Positions 1 through 10,940 are shown, counted from the first letter of the stretch. The stretch: 64,000 nt of DNA from Bdellovibrio sp. (GCA_036676395.1 JAKFCY010000003.1:128001-192000), one strand, 5' to 3'. Program-made: numbers and translations. Notes: generated from the letters alone by a model not told the origin.

Positions 1-137
1 ACCTTTTCTGAAGAAACCACGTCTAACTTTTCAACGAGCGTGGAATCAATACACGGATAGGGCTTGCTCAGCTGCAGCAGTGCCAGAAAAGATAAGTAAA
101 ATCCAATAGTTAGAATGACGTACACGTTTTGTTTCAT
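1..137 (-). CDS. 5' part of a hypothetical secreted/membrane protein (runs off window start)
   Basis: Manual translation from ATG at 137: MKQNVYVILTIGFYLSFLALLQLSKPYPCIDSTLVEKLDVVSSEK..., open to the edge; hydrophobic N-terminus. Confidence 0.6.
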   Translation of the reverse strand, partial: MKQNVYVILTIGFYLSFLALLQLSKPYPCIDSTLVEKLDVVSSEK

Positions 138-220
138 TACTCATTGTTAAAAGCAAAACAAGGACCAAATAGTAAAATGCAGCTTACTAAAGCTAGGCTT
201 ATTTAGGGGTTTGTAATACG

Positions 221-1369
221 ATGCAAATATCAATGTTAACGAAGAGTTATAAATTCACAGATAATGAGTGGTCCGAGCCTTTTGATCCGTCGATGGATTC
301 AGAAAACACTATGATTTTGGTCTTCTTCGAATCAACATTAGTCATTGATCAGCATTTAAAAAATATCAGAGCTGTTTATCCAAAAAGTAAAATAGTAGGG
401 TCATCAACATCTGGTGAAATTCAAAATGGCGAGATCAACGATAATTCAATTGTTTGTGTTGTTACACGGTTTAAACACACACGTTTAAAACTATTTTCAA
501 CACCCATTGATTTTACAACATCAGCCGAAGTAGGCCGAACAATTTCTGAGTCTTTGGCTTCGCCTGAATTAAAAAATATTTTACTTTTTACCGATGGCTT
601 AAACATTGATGGCTCTGATCTCATTAAAGAAATGCATCAAACTTTACTTGAAAAAAATATTTATACCCCAATTACCGGAGGATTAGCCGGAGACGGAAAC
701 CGCTTCATTAATACTTTTGTTATTTTTGACACCGAAATAAAAACTCACCACGCAGTGGCTTTAGGTTTTTATGGCGAACATATTCAAGTTTTTGCAGGCA
801 CTGGCACAGGTTGGGATCCATTTGGTCCGTTACGTGTAGTTACAAAAGCAAAGCACAATACAGTTTTCGAAATTGACGGCATTCCTGCTCTAAAACTTTA
901 TCGTGAGTATTTAAAAGAAGATGCCCAAAATCTTCCGGTCTCTGGAGTTTTGTTTCCGCTAGGTGTTTCATGGGGAAAAAACGAAAATATTGTTCGCTCT
1001 GTGGCACGCATTGACGAAGCTAATAACGGATTAATTTTTGCCAGCAGAATTCCTGAGAACTCAAAAGTACAGCTGATGCACAGTAATGTGATGAAGCTCA
1101 TCAACGCGGCTGAAAACGCATTAGATAACTGTCCGATGGATTTCACACAAGACACGCCAACATTGGCCTTGATCGTCAGTTGTATTGGACGGCGTATGAT
1201 CATGGGGCAAAAAACTGAAGATGAAATTGAAATTATCCGTGATCGTTTACCTATTCACGCTGAAATTTGCGGATTTTATTCTTACGGAGAATTTGCACCT
1301 ACGGCAAATAAACAGAATGAATTGCATAACCAAACGATGACTTTAATTATCTTTCAGGAAAGGCCTTAA
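221..1369 (+). CDS. FIST N/C domain sensory protein
   Basis: GSSTSGEI, GGLAGDG, GWDPFG, SCIGRR, GFYSYGE and HNQTMT motifs typical of FIST proteins. Confidence 0.9.
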   Translation: MQISMLTKSYKFTDNEWSEPFDPSMDSENTMILVFFESTLVIDQHLKNIRAVYPKSKIVGSSTSGEIQNGEINDNSIVCVVTRFKHTRLKLFSTPIDFTTSAEVGRTISESLASPELKNILLFTDGLNIDGSDLIKEMHQTLLEKNIYTPITGGLAGDGNRFINTFVIFDTEIKTHHAVALGFYGEHIQVFAGTGTGWDPFGPLRVVTKAKHNTVFEIDGIPALKLYREYLKEDAQNLPVSGVLFPLGVSWGKNENIVRSVARIDEANNGLIFASRIPENSKVQLMHSNVMKLINAAENALDNCPMDFTQDTPTLALIVSCIGRRMIMGQKTEDEIEIIRDRLPIHAEICGFYSYGEFAPTANKQNELHNQTMTLIIFQERP

Positions 1370-2644
1370 GTGAAATCGAAAATGCTTCAGCGACAATTAA
1401 AGAAGCTTAATTTCAGCGAACAAGATGCCCCTGCAACCGCGCAGGAATGGCAAGAATTGCTAAAACTAATTGATATCACCTACAACGAGTACGAAAGTCA
1501 TTTATATCGTTCACACAATACCTTAAATGTCGCGACCGATGAATTACAACGTCTTTATTCAGAACTTGAATCGAAATCATCACAAAAAATTCAATCTTTA
1601 GATTCTAGACTGCAAAACATCATGAGCACAGCTCCCTGTATTATTATGTGGGTTGATGATCAGGGCAATATTGAAGGCTGTAATGATTTTTTTCGCCAGC
1701 TTCTAAAATTTAATGATTCTTTGGATGATAAAAAAATTTCGTTAGGCGATTTAAAATTGCATGATCTGCTTGAAAAAACTAACGAGTTTGTTAAAGCTTC
1801 ATCGACACAAACGAGCTTTATTAAGCAAATTGGTAATCATTATTTTAAAATGACTTTAAATAAAATGCGTGATCAAAATAAGATCTCGATTTTAGGTTTT
1901 GATGTGACCGAAGATATTAATAAACAAAATACGATCAATCAGATTCAGGCTAAAGCTGTGCAAACTTCAAAATTAGCGGTATTAGGTGAATTAGCTGCTG
2001 GCGTTGCCCACGAAATTAATAACCCGTTAATGATTTTAACTTCGGTAGCTTTTGTCGTGCAAAAACACATCGAGCAAAACAAATACGATCAGCTTCCTGA
2101 AAAATTAGAAAAAATTCAGAGCACGATTACCCGTATTAGCCGTATTGTGAATGGCCTTCGCACTTATGCACGCGACGGTGAAAATGACCCAATGATGCCG
2201 GTCAATATTGCCGATGTTATTTTAGAATCTCTGGAATTATGTGTTGAAAGTATTCGTTATCAAAATATTGAAGTTAATTTTGATAATCAGATGACTGTTC
2301 CTCCGATTGTGAACTGTCGTGATACCCAAATTTCTCAGGTGATTTTAAATTTAATCAGCAACGCTAAAGATGCCGTACTACCGTTAAAAGAAAAATGGAT
2401 TAAAGTTATCTTACGCCAGCAAAATAATAACATCGTATTGCAAGTGATCGATTCTGGCCCTGGTATTTCATTAGATATTCGCGATCAGATTTTTCAGCCA
2501 TTTTTCACCACGAAAGATGTCGGTAACGGAACTGGTTTAGGTTTAAGTATTTCGACTGAAATTATTAAAATCCACCTTGGCCGACTTTTTGTCGACACAA
2601 GTTTTCCGAACACGTGTTTTACTATTGAATTACCGTTAGCTTAA
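1370..2644 (+). CDS. Sensor histidine kinase (PAS-like + HisKA + HATPase)
   Basis: H-box AHEINNPL, N-box NLISNA, DSGPG, FQPFFTTK, GTGLGL; abuts the FIST gene. Confidence 0.92.
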   Translation: MKSKMLQRQLKKLNFSEQDAPATAQEWQELLKLIDITYNEYESHLYRSHNTLNVATDELQRLYSELESKSSQKIQSLDSRLQNIMSTAPCIIMWVDDQGNIEGCNDFFRQLLKFNDSLDDKKISLGDLKLHDLLEKTNEFVKASSTQTSFIKQIGNHYFKMTLNKMRDQNKISILGFDVTEDINKQNTINQIQAKAVQTSKLAVLGELAAGVAHEINNPLMILTSVAFVVQKHIEQNKYDQLPEKLEKIQSTITRISRIVNGLRTYARDGENDPMMPVNIADVILESLELCVESIRYQNIEVNFDNQMTVPPIVNCRDTQISQVILNLISNAKDAVLPLKEKWIKVILRQQNNNIVLQVIDSGPGISLDIRDQIFQPFFTTKDVGNGTGLGLSISTEIIKIHLGRLFVDTSFPNTCFTIELPLA

Positions 2645-3556
2645 TTAAACTTTTAAAGTGCCGACACGGCCGACACGTGATGAGAGTGCATGATTCATTT
2701 GTGGTTCTAACCAACGGTTGATTTCGCACAGCTTGTCGATATCAAGGCCAGTCACAACACCCATACCGTCAAACATATAAACCACATCTTCAGTAGCTAC
2801 ATTGCCTGTAGCGCCTTTCGCATATGGACACCCACCTAAACCACCAATACTTGAATCAAATACGCGAACCCCCACCTTATAGGCTTCAAGAATATTAGCT
2901 AAAGCCTGCCCGCGGGTATCGTGGAAATGACCTGCAAGACGTGCAATCGGAACTGCTTTTTTTAATTTTTTAAATAATGAATTCACTTGGTTAACAGTCG
3001 CCACACCAATGGTGTCGCCGATAGAAATTTCGTAGCAGCCCATTTTATAAAGGCGTTTGGCCAGTTCTACGACTTTTTTCTCGGGCACAGCACCTTCAAA
3101 CGGGCAACCAAAGCACACCGACAAATAACCGCGCACTTTGATCTTATTTTTTTTGGCCATTTTTATGATGGGTTCAAAACGTTTAAAACTTTCTTCGATG
3201 CTGCAGTTAATGTTTTTTTGCGAAAATGCCTCTGAACTTGAAGCAAAAATAGCGACTTCTTTAATACCTGTCTCAAGGGCTGCGTTCATGCCCATTTCAT
3301 TAGGTACAAGTACGCTTGATTGATATTTTTTTTGATCTGGATATTTATCTAATACTAATTCAGTTAATTCTTTTGATACCGCCATTTGTGGCACCCATTT
3401 AGGTGATACAAATGCCCCGACTTCGAAAGTTTTTGTTCCTGCCGCGACTAGTTTTTCTAAAAGTTCAAAACGTTGAAATACAGATAAAACAGTGGATTCA
3501 TTTTGTAATCCATCTCGTAAACCTACTTCAACAATTTTTACTTTTGTTTTTGCCAC
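2645..3556 (-). CDS. liuE: Hydroxymethylglutaryl-CoA lyase
   Basis: EVGLRDGLQNE, HFHDTRG, GGLGGCPYAKGATGNVATED. Confidence 0.93.
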   Translation of the reverse strand: MAKTKVKIVEVGLRDGLQNESTVLSVFQRFELLEKLVAAGTKTFEVGAFVSPKWVPQMAVSKELTELVLDKYPDQKKYQSSVLVPNEMGMNAALETGIKEVAIFASSSEAFSQKNINCSIEESFKRFEPIIKMAKKNKIKVRGYLSVCFGCPFEGAVPEKKVVELAKRLYKMGCYEISIGDTIGVATVNQVNSLFKKLKKAVPIARLAGHFHDTRGQALANILEAYKVGVRVFDSSIGGLGGCPYAKGATGNVATEDVVYMFDGMGVVTGLDIDKLCEINRWLEPQMNHALSSRVGRVGTLKV

Positions 3557-3558
3557 GC

Positions 3559-3924
3559 TTATATACTTTCTACTTTAACTAATTTTACAAGAACTGCGCC
3601 AACCTGCACTTGGTCATTTATTTTACCAGTTACAGTTTCAACAGTTGTTTCTAAGTCTGATTTTAAGGTGTATTCCATTTTCATGGCTTCCATAACTAAT
3701 AACGCCTGACCCACTGTGACGGCATCACCAGCTTTAACAAACACTTTGGTAATTTTACCCGGCATCGGGGCAACAATCACATCAGGGCTAGCCGTATTTG
3801 ATTTTTTACGACGCTGGCCTTCAGAAGATAAATCAATAATATCATACGACCAGGTTTCGCTGCCCGATTTAATCCACAGAGTTTGACCAACTTTTTCAAC
3901 CTGCATGTTGTCGATTGTTTTCAT
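3559..3924 (-). CDS. Biotin carboxyl carrier subunit of an acyl-CoA carboxylase
   Basis: APMPG...EAMKM biotinylation motif; start placed at ATG 3924 (TAATG overlap with upstream stop, GGAGAGG RBS). Confidence 0.88.
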   Translation of the reverse strand: MKTIDNMQVEKVGQTLWIKSGSETWSYDIIDLSSEGQRRKKSNTASPDVIVAPMPGKITKVFVKAGDAVTVGQALLVMEAMKMEYTLKSDLETTVETVTGKINDQVQVGAVLVKLVKVESI

Positions 3925-5423
3925 TAGATACCTCTCCAATGACTAAGCCATGGTGAATTTTCAGTCGTCGTTTGACTTGAGCCAGCTGCTCCCGCTCCTG
4001 CACCACTTGCGATAAACTTTTTATAAATTTCTTGGCTTAATTTTTTACGATCGGCTTCGACATGTTTTGATTTTAAGCCGTCAGCAAAATTTTTCTCGAT
4101 AAAACGAGTTGTCATCGTGCCGTCAATAAATTCAGGGTGCGATAAAATTTCAATTAAATACGGGATATTCGTGTGCACGCCAAACACTGTTGAATCTTTT
4201 AATACACGAATCATTTTTTCAATAGCCCGCGGACGCGACTCATCCCATACGATCGCTTTAGCAATCATCGGATCATAATGTGAAGTGATCGTGTCACCTT
4301 TTTCAAAACCAAATTCATAACGTCGGCGTGGGCCCTCTGGCCAGTGAACCGTACCTAATAAGCCTGTCGAAGGCACTCCGCCCATGTAAGAGTTTTCGGC
4401 ATAGATACGACATTCAATTGAATGCCCGCGTGGAATTCTGATTTCGTTATCATTCCAGACAAATTTTTCTTGCGCCGTTAATAATTGCATTTTAACTAAA
4501 TCAACACCCAGTACTTCTTCAGTGACCGGATGTTCAACTTGTAAACGTGTGTTTACTTCTAATAAATAAAATTTTCCGTCTTGTAATAAAAATTCAACAG
4601 TGCCGGCACCTTTGTATTTACCAAGTGTACCTAACGTCACGGCCACTTCGCCCATTTTACGGCGAAGATCTTCAGTTAATGAAGGCGACGTAGCTTCTTC
4701 GATAATTTTTTGGTGGCGACGTTGCACTGAACATTCGCGATCAAATAAGTGCATAACTTTTCCGGTGCTATCGCCGAAAATTTGAAATTCGATATGCTTT
4801 GCACGATCTAAATATTTTTCTAAGAAAACTTTTTCTGAACCAAAAGCCGATTTGGCTTCACGTTGCGCTGATTCAATCGCTTCAACGGCTTCAGACATTT
4901 GTTTAATTAATTTCATACCGCGACCACCACCACCAGCAGCGGCTTTCACGATCACAGGTAAGCCAATAATTTCAACTTCTTTAAGTAAAGTTTGAACTGT
5001 TTGGTCTTCGCCTTCATAACCCGGAACCAGGGGTAAGCCAGCTTTTTTGGCTAAGGCTTTACAGCTGACTTTATCACCCAAAGTGCGAATGGCTTCTGCC
5101 GAAGGGCCAATGAAGGTTAAACCAGCTTGCTCACAACGTCCGGCGAAGTCTGCGTTTTCAGACAGGAATCCAAAACCAGGATGAACTGCTTGCGCTCCCA
5201 TGGCGATGGCACCTTGAATATTAGCTTCGATATTTAAATAACTTTCGGCTGTGGCCGCAGGACCAATACAGACTTTGTGAGTCGCCATACGAAATGCGCG
5301 AGAATTAATATCAGCTTCAGAATGCAGCAGCACGGTTTCTAAACCTAGCTCCTCGCAAGCTTTAATAATTCGAACAGCGACTTCTCCACGATTAGCAATA
5401 GCAACACGACTGAATTTTGGCAT
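3924..5423 (-). CDS. liuD: Biotin carboxylase subunit (methylcrotonyl-CoA carboxylase alpha, BC part)
   Basis: [51 protein letters not shown]; leucine catabolism context. Confidence 0.85.
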   Translation of the reverse strand: MPKFSRVAIANRGEVAVRIIKACEELGLETVLLHSEADINSRAFRMATHKVCIGPAATAESYLNIEANIQGAIAMGAQAVHPGFGFLSENADFAGRCEQAGLTFIGPSAEAIRTLGDKVSCKALAKKAGLPLVPGYEGEDQTVQTLLKEVEIIGLPVIVKAAAGGGGRGMKLIKQMSEAVEAIESAQREAKSAFGSEKVFLEKYLDRAKHIEFQIFGDSTGKVMHLFDRECSVQRRHQKIIEEATSPSLTEDLRRKMGEVAVTLGTLGKYKGAGTVEFLLQDGKFYLLEVNTRLQVEHPVTEEVLGVDLVKMQLLTAQEKFVWNDNEIRIPRGHSIECRIYAENSYMGGVPSTGLLGTVHWPEGPRRRYEFGFEKGDTITSHYDPMIAKAIVWDESRPRAIEKMIRVLKDSTVFGVHTNIPYLIEILSHPEFIDGTMTTRFIEKNFADGLKSKHVEADRKKLSQEIYKKFIASGAGAGAAGSSQTTTENSPWLSHWRGI

Positions 5424-5467
5424 AAAATTAGGTATAAACTTCTTTTAAAGTTTTGTACAATAGAGAG

Positions 5468-5845
5468 ATGAAAATTGGCCTCTATTTAGATAACGTTGCT
5501 ATGCATATATTAAACCGAGGCATTTTTGTCAGTTGCGAACCTGTGGATCGCATAGAATCTGCTCAACCCGGCCTTGTCGACGAACGCTTAAGCGAAGTTG
5601 GAATGGTTTATTTAGTCTGTGATACTGAAAAAGAGATTCAAGGCAAAGCCAAGCTGACAGACGCTTTCATTACCACTTATGGCGATCCTGACCCTATCAT
5701 GCTTGAACATATGGGCTTTAAAGATAAGCCTGATCGCTTTAAATCTGAATATGCTGGTCTTTTTAAACAGCAATTTCCCGAAGACCCCCTAATGGATGAG
5801 ACCGAACTGTTCGTCTGTATATACGAACCTGTAAAAGATAGCTGA
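5468..5845 (+). CDS. Hypothetical protein, divergent ASCH/PUA-like
   Basis: C-terminal two-thirds follow the ASCH pattern by eye; ATG 5468 preferred over TTG 5453. Confidence 0.55.
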   Translation: MKIGLYLDNVAMHILNRGIFVSCEPVDRIESAQPGLVDERLSEVGMVYLVCDTEKEIQGKAKLTDAFITTYGDPDPIMLEHMGFKDKPDRFKSEYAGLFKQQFPEDPLMDETELFVCIYEPVKDS

Positions 5846-5916
5846 TCAAACTTTTGACAGTCTCTATTTCGCCGCACCCGTGGTATAACCTTTGAAAATT
5901 AACGAAAGGTTCCCCC

Positions 5917-6225
5917 ATGAAAGCTTTTACCGTTATCTTTGCTATTCTTACTTTATCTGCTTTTGCCAATGCATCTTGTATCGGCGAAGCACAAATCATC
6001 GCAAAAGTTGATTCATTAAAAACTGACTCAATGACTACTTGTCGCGTGATGATTTCTAGCGTGAGATTATACAACGAAAGCATTATCTGCCCGTTAGATC
6101 TTTCAGAAGTTATGTCTGAAGGTATCGAAATTGGTCTTAAAAATGGCCATGATTGTGAATTCGAATCAGACGTGATCTCTGGTATTTTAGTTAAAAACAA
6201 AGCCGGCGTAATCTTTTTAGAATAA
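5917..6225 (+). CDS. Small secreted hypothetical protein (4 Cys)
   Basis: Signal peptide MKAFTVIFAILTLSAFANA, AAAGG RBS. Confidence 0.8.
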   Translation: MKAFTVIFAILTLSAFANASCIGEAQIIAKVDSLKTDSMTTCRVMISSVRLYNESIICPLDLSEVMSEGIEIGLKNGHDCEFESDVISGILVKNKAGVIFLE

Positions 6226-6230
6226 TTTTT

Positions 6231-7019
6231 TTATTTACACTGATCCCATTGTAAGTGGTAAGAAACGCTGTTCTTATCACTTACTTGGCCGTCAATCGTA
6301 TCAAGCGTAATCATCGCTTGTTCGCCAGTTGCATTGCTCGTTACCGCAATGCTCACATCAACTTCTAAATTGTAAGTTCCACCGCAAGTTTTAAGAATTG
6401 GATTCAGCAGCGGATTTAATTTTTTAATATTTACCAGCGGTTTGTTTTGAATGACTGCACTCATAAAAAAATCTTCAACTAATGGGCCTTCGAATGTTTG
6501 TTGGCTTTTCACACGCGCGCCTAAGGCTTTTAATCCTTGATGGCGAATCTGATGAATAGCTGAAAGTCTTGCGCGGGCTTTTGCCGGTAAAGCGTGAAAG
6601 CCACGGTAATCCATTTGCGCTACAGCCATACGAAAACCTTTGGGCGCTTCAATCGGAATAATTAATCGACAAGTTTTTTCAGTTGTTTGTTTCATCGCCT
6701 GCTGGCCCGCTTCAGTCGTGAAGTTATCAAACACAATTGAAATTGCCCGGTTATCGCCCGACATGACAACTGACGCTGTTCCCTCCGGGCAACCTGAACC
6801 TTGATAATTAGGTTTTTGCATAATTACTTTTGATGGCGCTGGTTTATCCTTACTGGGTTTTTGTTTTTTCTTTTTGTTATCAAAAAATGGCCGGTCTTCT
6901 TCTTCCTGTTTGGCCTGCTGAGACTTACCTGGCAAAAGAGCACCAAGCTGAGCCTGTGCTGAGAAGCTATAAGTTAGAATTAGGGCTATAGTTATACAAA
7001 AAGATTTAGAAATAAGCAT
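6231..7019 (-). CDS. Secreted DUF4360-like protein
   Basis: YQGSGCPEGT...IVFDNF...C..., DYRGF; signal peptide; start moved to ATG 7019 (GGGGG RBS, downstream of the sigma-54 motif). Confidence 0.8.
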   Translation of the reverse strand: MLISKSFCITIALILTYSFSAQAQLGALLPGKSQQAKQEEEDRPFFDNKKKKQKPSKDKPAPSKVIMQKPNYQGSGCPEGTASVVMSGDNRAISIVFDNFTTEAGQQAMKQTTEKTCRLIIPIEAPKGFRMAVAQMDYRGFHALPAKARARLSAIHQIRHQGLKALGARVKSQQTFEGPLVEDFFMSAVIQNKPLVNIKKLNPLLNPILKTCGGTYNLEVDVSIAVTSNATGEQAMITLDTIDGQVSDKNSVSYHLQWDQCK

Positions 7020-7044
7020 GATTCCCCCGTTGCTATAGCTATAT

Positions 7045-7060
7045 AGCAAGCGAGGGACCA
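7045..7060 (-). promoter_or_regulatory. Sigma-54 (-24/-12) promoter candidate
   Basis: TGGTCCCTCGCTTGCT = GG-N10-GC upstream of the 7019 start. Confidence 0.6.
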
Positions 7061-7080
7061 GACATTTTGGCGCTACTTAA

Positions 7081-7374
7081 TTAATGAATGCTTGGACGAT
7101 CAATAGAATCATGGCCTTCAAGTTTTACTAATTTATTATAAATACCAATAAGCATAAAACTTGGACCACAAAGCCCGATAAAATTAGCTAAGAATTTCTT
7201 TTTCGTAAATGCGGTAAGGCCTGCAGAGATGGCCATGCTACCCAGCGCTAATGCTAAATAACCAACTGATGGAACCTTTGCAGTCACATCTTCGATTCGT
7301 TTGGTCATTTCGCCTTCTTTAGGAATTTTATTAGAATATTTCCCCATAAAACCCTGTAGTGTATTTTGCTTCAT
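7081..7374 (-). CDS. Small membrane hypothetical protein
   Basis: AAGGAG RBS, two hydrophobic segments. Confidence 0.75.
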   Translation of the reverse strand: MKQNTLQGFMGKYSNKIPKEGEMTKRIEDVTAKVPSVGYLALALGSMAISAGLTAFTKKKFLANFIGLCGPSFMLIGIYNKLVKLEGHDSIDRPSIH

Positions 7375-7410
7375 AAATAACTCCTTTTGTTTATGTCAAA
7401 ACAAGTAAGG

Positions 7411-7427
7411 AGCAATCTTTACGCCAA
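7411..7427 (-). promoter_or_regulatory. Sigma-54 (-24/-12) promoter candidate
   Basis: TTGGCGTAAAGATTGCT, near-consensus TGGC-N-TTGC with exact spacing. Confidence 0.7.
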
Positions 7428-7435
7428 TGAAAGTT

Positions 7436-8206
7436 CTATTTTTTTTTGTTTAAAAAAGCTTTTAGACGCTCTTGGCCTTCTTTAGACATTCTGCGTTCAC
7501 TAATCACAGTTGTAGTTAGTTTTTTCTGCTCGGCCCAAGATTTTTCAGTCTTAGAATTTTCGATATTATTTAATAATTTTTTTGTTTCACGAACGGCTTC
7601 TAAACCTAAGCCAGAAAATTTTCTGGCTTCTATTAAGCCATCGTCTGCATTTTTAATGACGTGAACTAAACCCATACGTTGTGCCGTAGTTGAATCAAAA
7701 ACTTCAGCATTCAACATATACGGGCGAACCTGGCTGTCAGCACATTTACGTAAAATAAAAGCTGAAATTACCGCCGGTGATAAACCAAGCTTTACTTCAC
7801 TGAAACAGTATTTTGTAGCTTCGTCAGCGATCACATAATCACAAGCTGCGATTAAACCTAAAGCGCCACCAAAAGCTGCGCCGTGAATTATTCCGATCAC
7901 CGGAGCTTCACACAAAGCGATCGCTTCAAACATATCCCAAAGTTTTTCTGAATCTTTGATGTTTTGTTCGAATGAAAAATCAACCATCGACTTCATCCAG
8001 TTTAAATCGGCTCCGGCGCAAAATGCTGTGCCTGCACCTTTTAAAATGACAGCACGAACAGTTTTATCTTTAGAAATCGTTTGAAATGCTTCTGTGATTT
8101 CAGAAATCATTTCTGGGTTAAATGCGTTTTTTAATTCTGGTTTATTTAATTCAACAATTTTAATCGATTTATCGTTCAGGTCAGAAGTGATATTGATATT
8201 TTTCAT
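7436..8206 (-). CDS. liuC: Enoyl-CoA hydratase family, probable methylglutaconyl-CoA hydratase
   Basis: AFCAGADL, GGALGL, FSEVKLG; start ATG 8206 just after the liuB stop. Confidence 0.85.
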   Translation of the reverse strand: MKNINITSDLNDKSIKIVELNKPELKNAFNPEMISEITEAFQTISKDKTVRAVILKGAGTAFCAGADLNWMKSMVDFSFEQNIKDSEKLWDMFEAIALCEAPVIGIIHGAAFGGALGLIAACDYVIADEATKYCFSEVKLGLSPAVISAFILRKCADSQVRPYMLNAEVFDSTTAQRMGLVHVIKNADDGLIEARKFSGLGLEAVRETKKLLNNIENSKTEKSWAEQKKLTTTVISERRMSKEGQERLKAFLNKKK

Positions 8207-8208
8207 AA

Positions 8209-9813
8209 TTACATCCTGAAGACACCCTGTTGTTTCGGGCCCCAATCCGCATTTAAGCTGGCTGAAATTCCCAGAGCCAATACACGACGAGTGTCTACAG
8301 GATCAATAATGCCATCATCCCACAAACGTGCTGTCGAAAAATAAGCTGAGCTTTCAAAATCATATTTTTCTAAAGTTGGTTTTTTAAAATCTTCTTGTTC
8401 AGTGGCTGTCATGCTTTGGCCTTTAATAGCCAACTGATCAAGTTTTACAGTTAATAAAACATTTGCCGCTTGTTCGCCGCCCATTACGCTGATGCGGGCA
8501 TTAGGCCACATCCACATTTGACGAGGCTGAAATGCACGACCGCACATTCCGTAATTGCCTGCGCCATATGATCCACCGATCACCACTGTGAATTTTGGCA
8601 CTCGTGCATTTGATACAGCCATCACCATTTTAGCGCCATGCTTGGCAATACCTTCTTGTTCATACTTTTTACCAACCATAAAGCCAGTAATATTTTGTAA
8701 GAAGATTAAGGGCACTTCACGCTGTTCGCAAAGCTCAATAAAGTGAGCTGCTTTTTGCGCGCTCTCAGAAAATAAAACTCCGTTATTGGCGATAATCCCA
8801 ACTGGCATTCCCCAGATATGAGCAAAACCAGTCACCAAAGTTTTTCCGTAAAGGGCTTTAAACTCATGAAAATTAGATCCATCCACAATTCGCGCAATGA
8901 CTTCGCGCACGTCAAACGGAATACGCGAATCAGCTGGTAAAATTCCGTAAATCTCATTCGCATCGAATAAAGGTTCTTCGACAGGAATTGTTTTTAAGCT
9001 AATTACTTTTTTATGATTTAAATGTTTTACGATTGAACGGGTAATTTCAATGGCATGCTGATCATCTTCTGCGAAATGATCAGTTACACCTGATAGTTCA
9101 CAGTGAGTGTTTGCACCACCAAGCACTTGCGCATCCACCACTTCGCCAGTAGCTGCTTTTACTAACGGAGGTCCACCTAGAAAAATTGTGCCGTTATCTT
9201 TTACGATCACGTTTTCATCTGACATTGACGGAACGTAAGCTCCGCCTGCGGTACATGATCCCATCACTACTGAAATTTGCGGAATATTACGAGCGCTCAT
9301 TCTGGCTTGGTTATAAAAAATTCTTCCGAAATGATCACGATCTGGAAACACTTCTGATTGCAAAGGCAAAAAGGCGCCGCCGCTATCCACTAAATAAATA
9401 CAAGGTAAGCCATTTTCTAAAGCGACTTCTTGCGCACGTATGTGCTTTTTTACTGTCATTGGAAAATATGTTCCACCTTTTACTGTGGCATCATTAGCAA
9501 CGATAATACATTCAACACCCTGAATAACACCAATTCCCGTGATCACACCCGCTGCTGGCGCTTGGTCTTCGTACATACCGATGGCTGCTAAGGTAGAAAA
9601 TTCTAAAAATGCAGTGCCTTGATCAAGTAAGCCTTCAATACGTTCACGTGCAGTTAATTTACCGCGTGATTTATGTTTTTTTTGGGCTTCTTCGCCGCCA
9701 CCTAATTTAACTTTTGCAACTTTTGCGCGCCAGTTTTCAACTGTCGTCATCATTTGTTTATAATTTTTTTTAAAATCTTCTGATTGAGTTTGTACGCTAG
9801 ATTCTAGAATCAC
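8209..9813 (-). CDS. liuB: Methylcrotonyl-CoA carboxylase beta (carboxyltransferase) subunit
   Basis: [47 protein letters not shown] end. Confidence 0.93.
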   Translation of the reverse strand: MILESSVQTQSEDFKKNYKQMMTTVENWRAKVAKVKLGGGEEAQKKHKSRGKLTARERIEGLLDQGTAFLEFSTLAAIGMYEDQAPAAGVITGIGVIQGVECIIVANDATVKGGTYFPMTVKKHIRAQEVALENGLPCIYLVDSGGAFLPLQSEVFPDRDHFGRIFYNQARMSARNIPQISVVMGSCTAGGAYVPSMSDENVIVKDNGTIFLGGPPLVKAATGEVVDAQVLGGANTHCELSGVTDHFAEDDQHAIEITRSIVKHLNHKKVISLKTIPVEEPLFDANEIYGILPADSRIPFDVREVIARIVDGSNFHEFKALYGKTLVTGFAHIWGMPVGIIANNGVLFSESAQKAAHFIELCEQREVPLIFLQNITGFMVGKKYEQEGIAKHGAKMVMAVSNARVPKFTVVIGGSYGAGNYGMCGRAFQPRQMWMWPNARISVMGGEQAANVLLTVKLDQLAIKGQSMTATEQEDFKKPTLEKYDFESSAYFSTARLWDDGIIDPVDTRRVLALGISASLNADWGPKQQGVFRM

Positions 9814-9839
9814 AGTTTCCTCGAGTTCGCAAAAATCAC

Positions 9840-10391
9840 TTAAGCCAAAAGCTTAAGTTTAGTAATATTTAATTTAAGTTTTAATGAATCAGATTGGCTT
9901 GAGTTTTTAACCGCAATAAAAACTGTGCCTTCAAAAATCACATGGTCATTTTTTTGTAATGAAAGAATTAATTTATCCATGTCGTTTTCGCTGCAAGTAA
10001 ATTGCAGCATAAGATCTTTATCCCATTTAATATTTTTATTGAGCTCAAGTTGATAGCTTTTGATTTCCCACAGATTTTTTGCCCAATGTTTAGCAATGTA
10101 AGTGCTAATCACTTCTAAACCGGCATTGACCACAAGACCTGCATGAATTTGATTATGAAAATCGCAATTTGTACGCTGGTAAGGGATCTTAGCCGTGATA
10201 CTTTCGTCGCCGGCTTCAGTAATACTAAAGCCTGTGCCCAAAAGTTCAGGGGCTAACCAGTCTAACGCATAGCTTAAAGCGGGCTTCAGCAAGGCAGGTG
10301 TATGCAAATCACTCCAGACTTTAAAGTCTCTGATTTTATCAACGTAGCTCGACTGAATGAGTGGCAATTTTCCGACTAATTTCTTTTTCAT
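9840..10391 (-). CDS. Hypothetical protein, possible hot-dog (thioesterase-like) fold
   Basis: [11 protein letters not shown] resembles the N-x-x-G-x-I-H-G-G motif of PaaI/YiiD-like proteins; start uncertain (10391 or 10415). Confidence 0.55.
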   Translation of the reverse strand: MKKKLVGKLPLIQSSYVDKIRDFKVWSDLHTPALLKPALSYALDWLAPELLGTGFSITEAGDESITAKIPYQRTNCDFHNQIHAGLVVNAGLEVISTYIAKHWAKNLWEIKSYQLELNKNIKWDKDLMLQFTCSENDMDKLILSLQKNDHVIFEGTVFIAVKNSSQSDSLKLKLNITKLKLLA

Positions 10392-10456
10392 AGCTTGATT
10401 GCGCAAGCCTAACATGGTGAAGTTTACTTGTACACAACATGATAGGAACTTGATCT

Positions 10457-10933
10457 ATGATTAAAATTTTCAGCTTTGTTTTATTTGTTTCAGCATTTAT
10501 TTGGACTTGGTGCCTTTTTAACTCACCGGCGCAAATGGGAACTGACATCCATGCTGGTATTCAAAGCAAATTAACGATCCTTATTGAAGAGACAATTCAG
10601 GCGAAACGCCCGTCTATGACGAATTTTCGCTTAAACAAAATGTACACAGAGAAAATGGACGACAACAAAGTTAAGGCCCATTTTTCTTACCAATTCGATG
10701 AAAACGAAGCGACGCAAACGATTTCTGGCGATGCTGTTTTAACAAAAGCCTTATCAGAAGATGCCAATGTACAAAAATGGGTTTTACAATCTGTTAAAAC
10801 TGGCAGCGATATCGTTGAGTTCCAAGATGGTTTAACAATTTCTTCTGATGGCACTGATGCTCCTGAAACTCCTGCTGCAGAACCAACAACAGAAACCGCT
10901 CCTGCTGTATCCGCTCCAACTGAAAGTCACTAA
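10457..10933 (+). CDS. Hypothetical membrane-anchored protein
   Basis: N-terminal hydrophobic helix, AGGA RBS, Pro/Ala/Thr-rich tail. Confidence 0.8.
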   Translation: MIKIFSFVLFVSAFIWTWCLFNSPAQMGTDIHAGIQSKLTILIEETIQAKRPSMTNFRLNKMYTEKMDDNKVKAHFSYQFDENEATQTISGDAVLTKALSEDANVQKWVLQSVKTGSDIVEFQDGLTISSDGTDAPETPAAEPTTETAPAVSAPTESH

Positions 10934-10940
10934 TATCTAA

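Noticed and set aside
5854..5889. TTGACA ... TATAAC sigma-70 promoter
   Set aside because: Spacer is 24 nt, too long
5763..6200. 145-aa minus-strand ORF
   Set aside because: Shadow of two better-supported + strand genes
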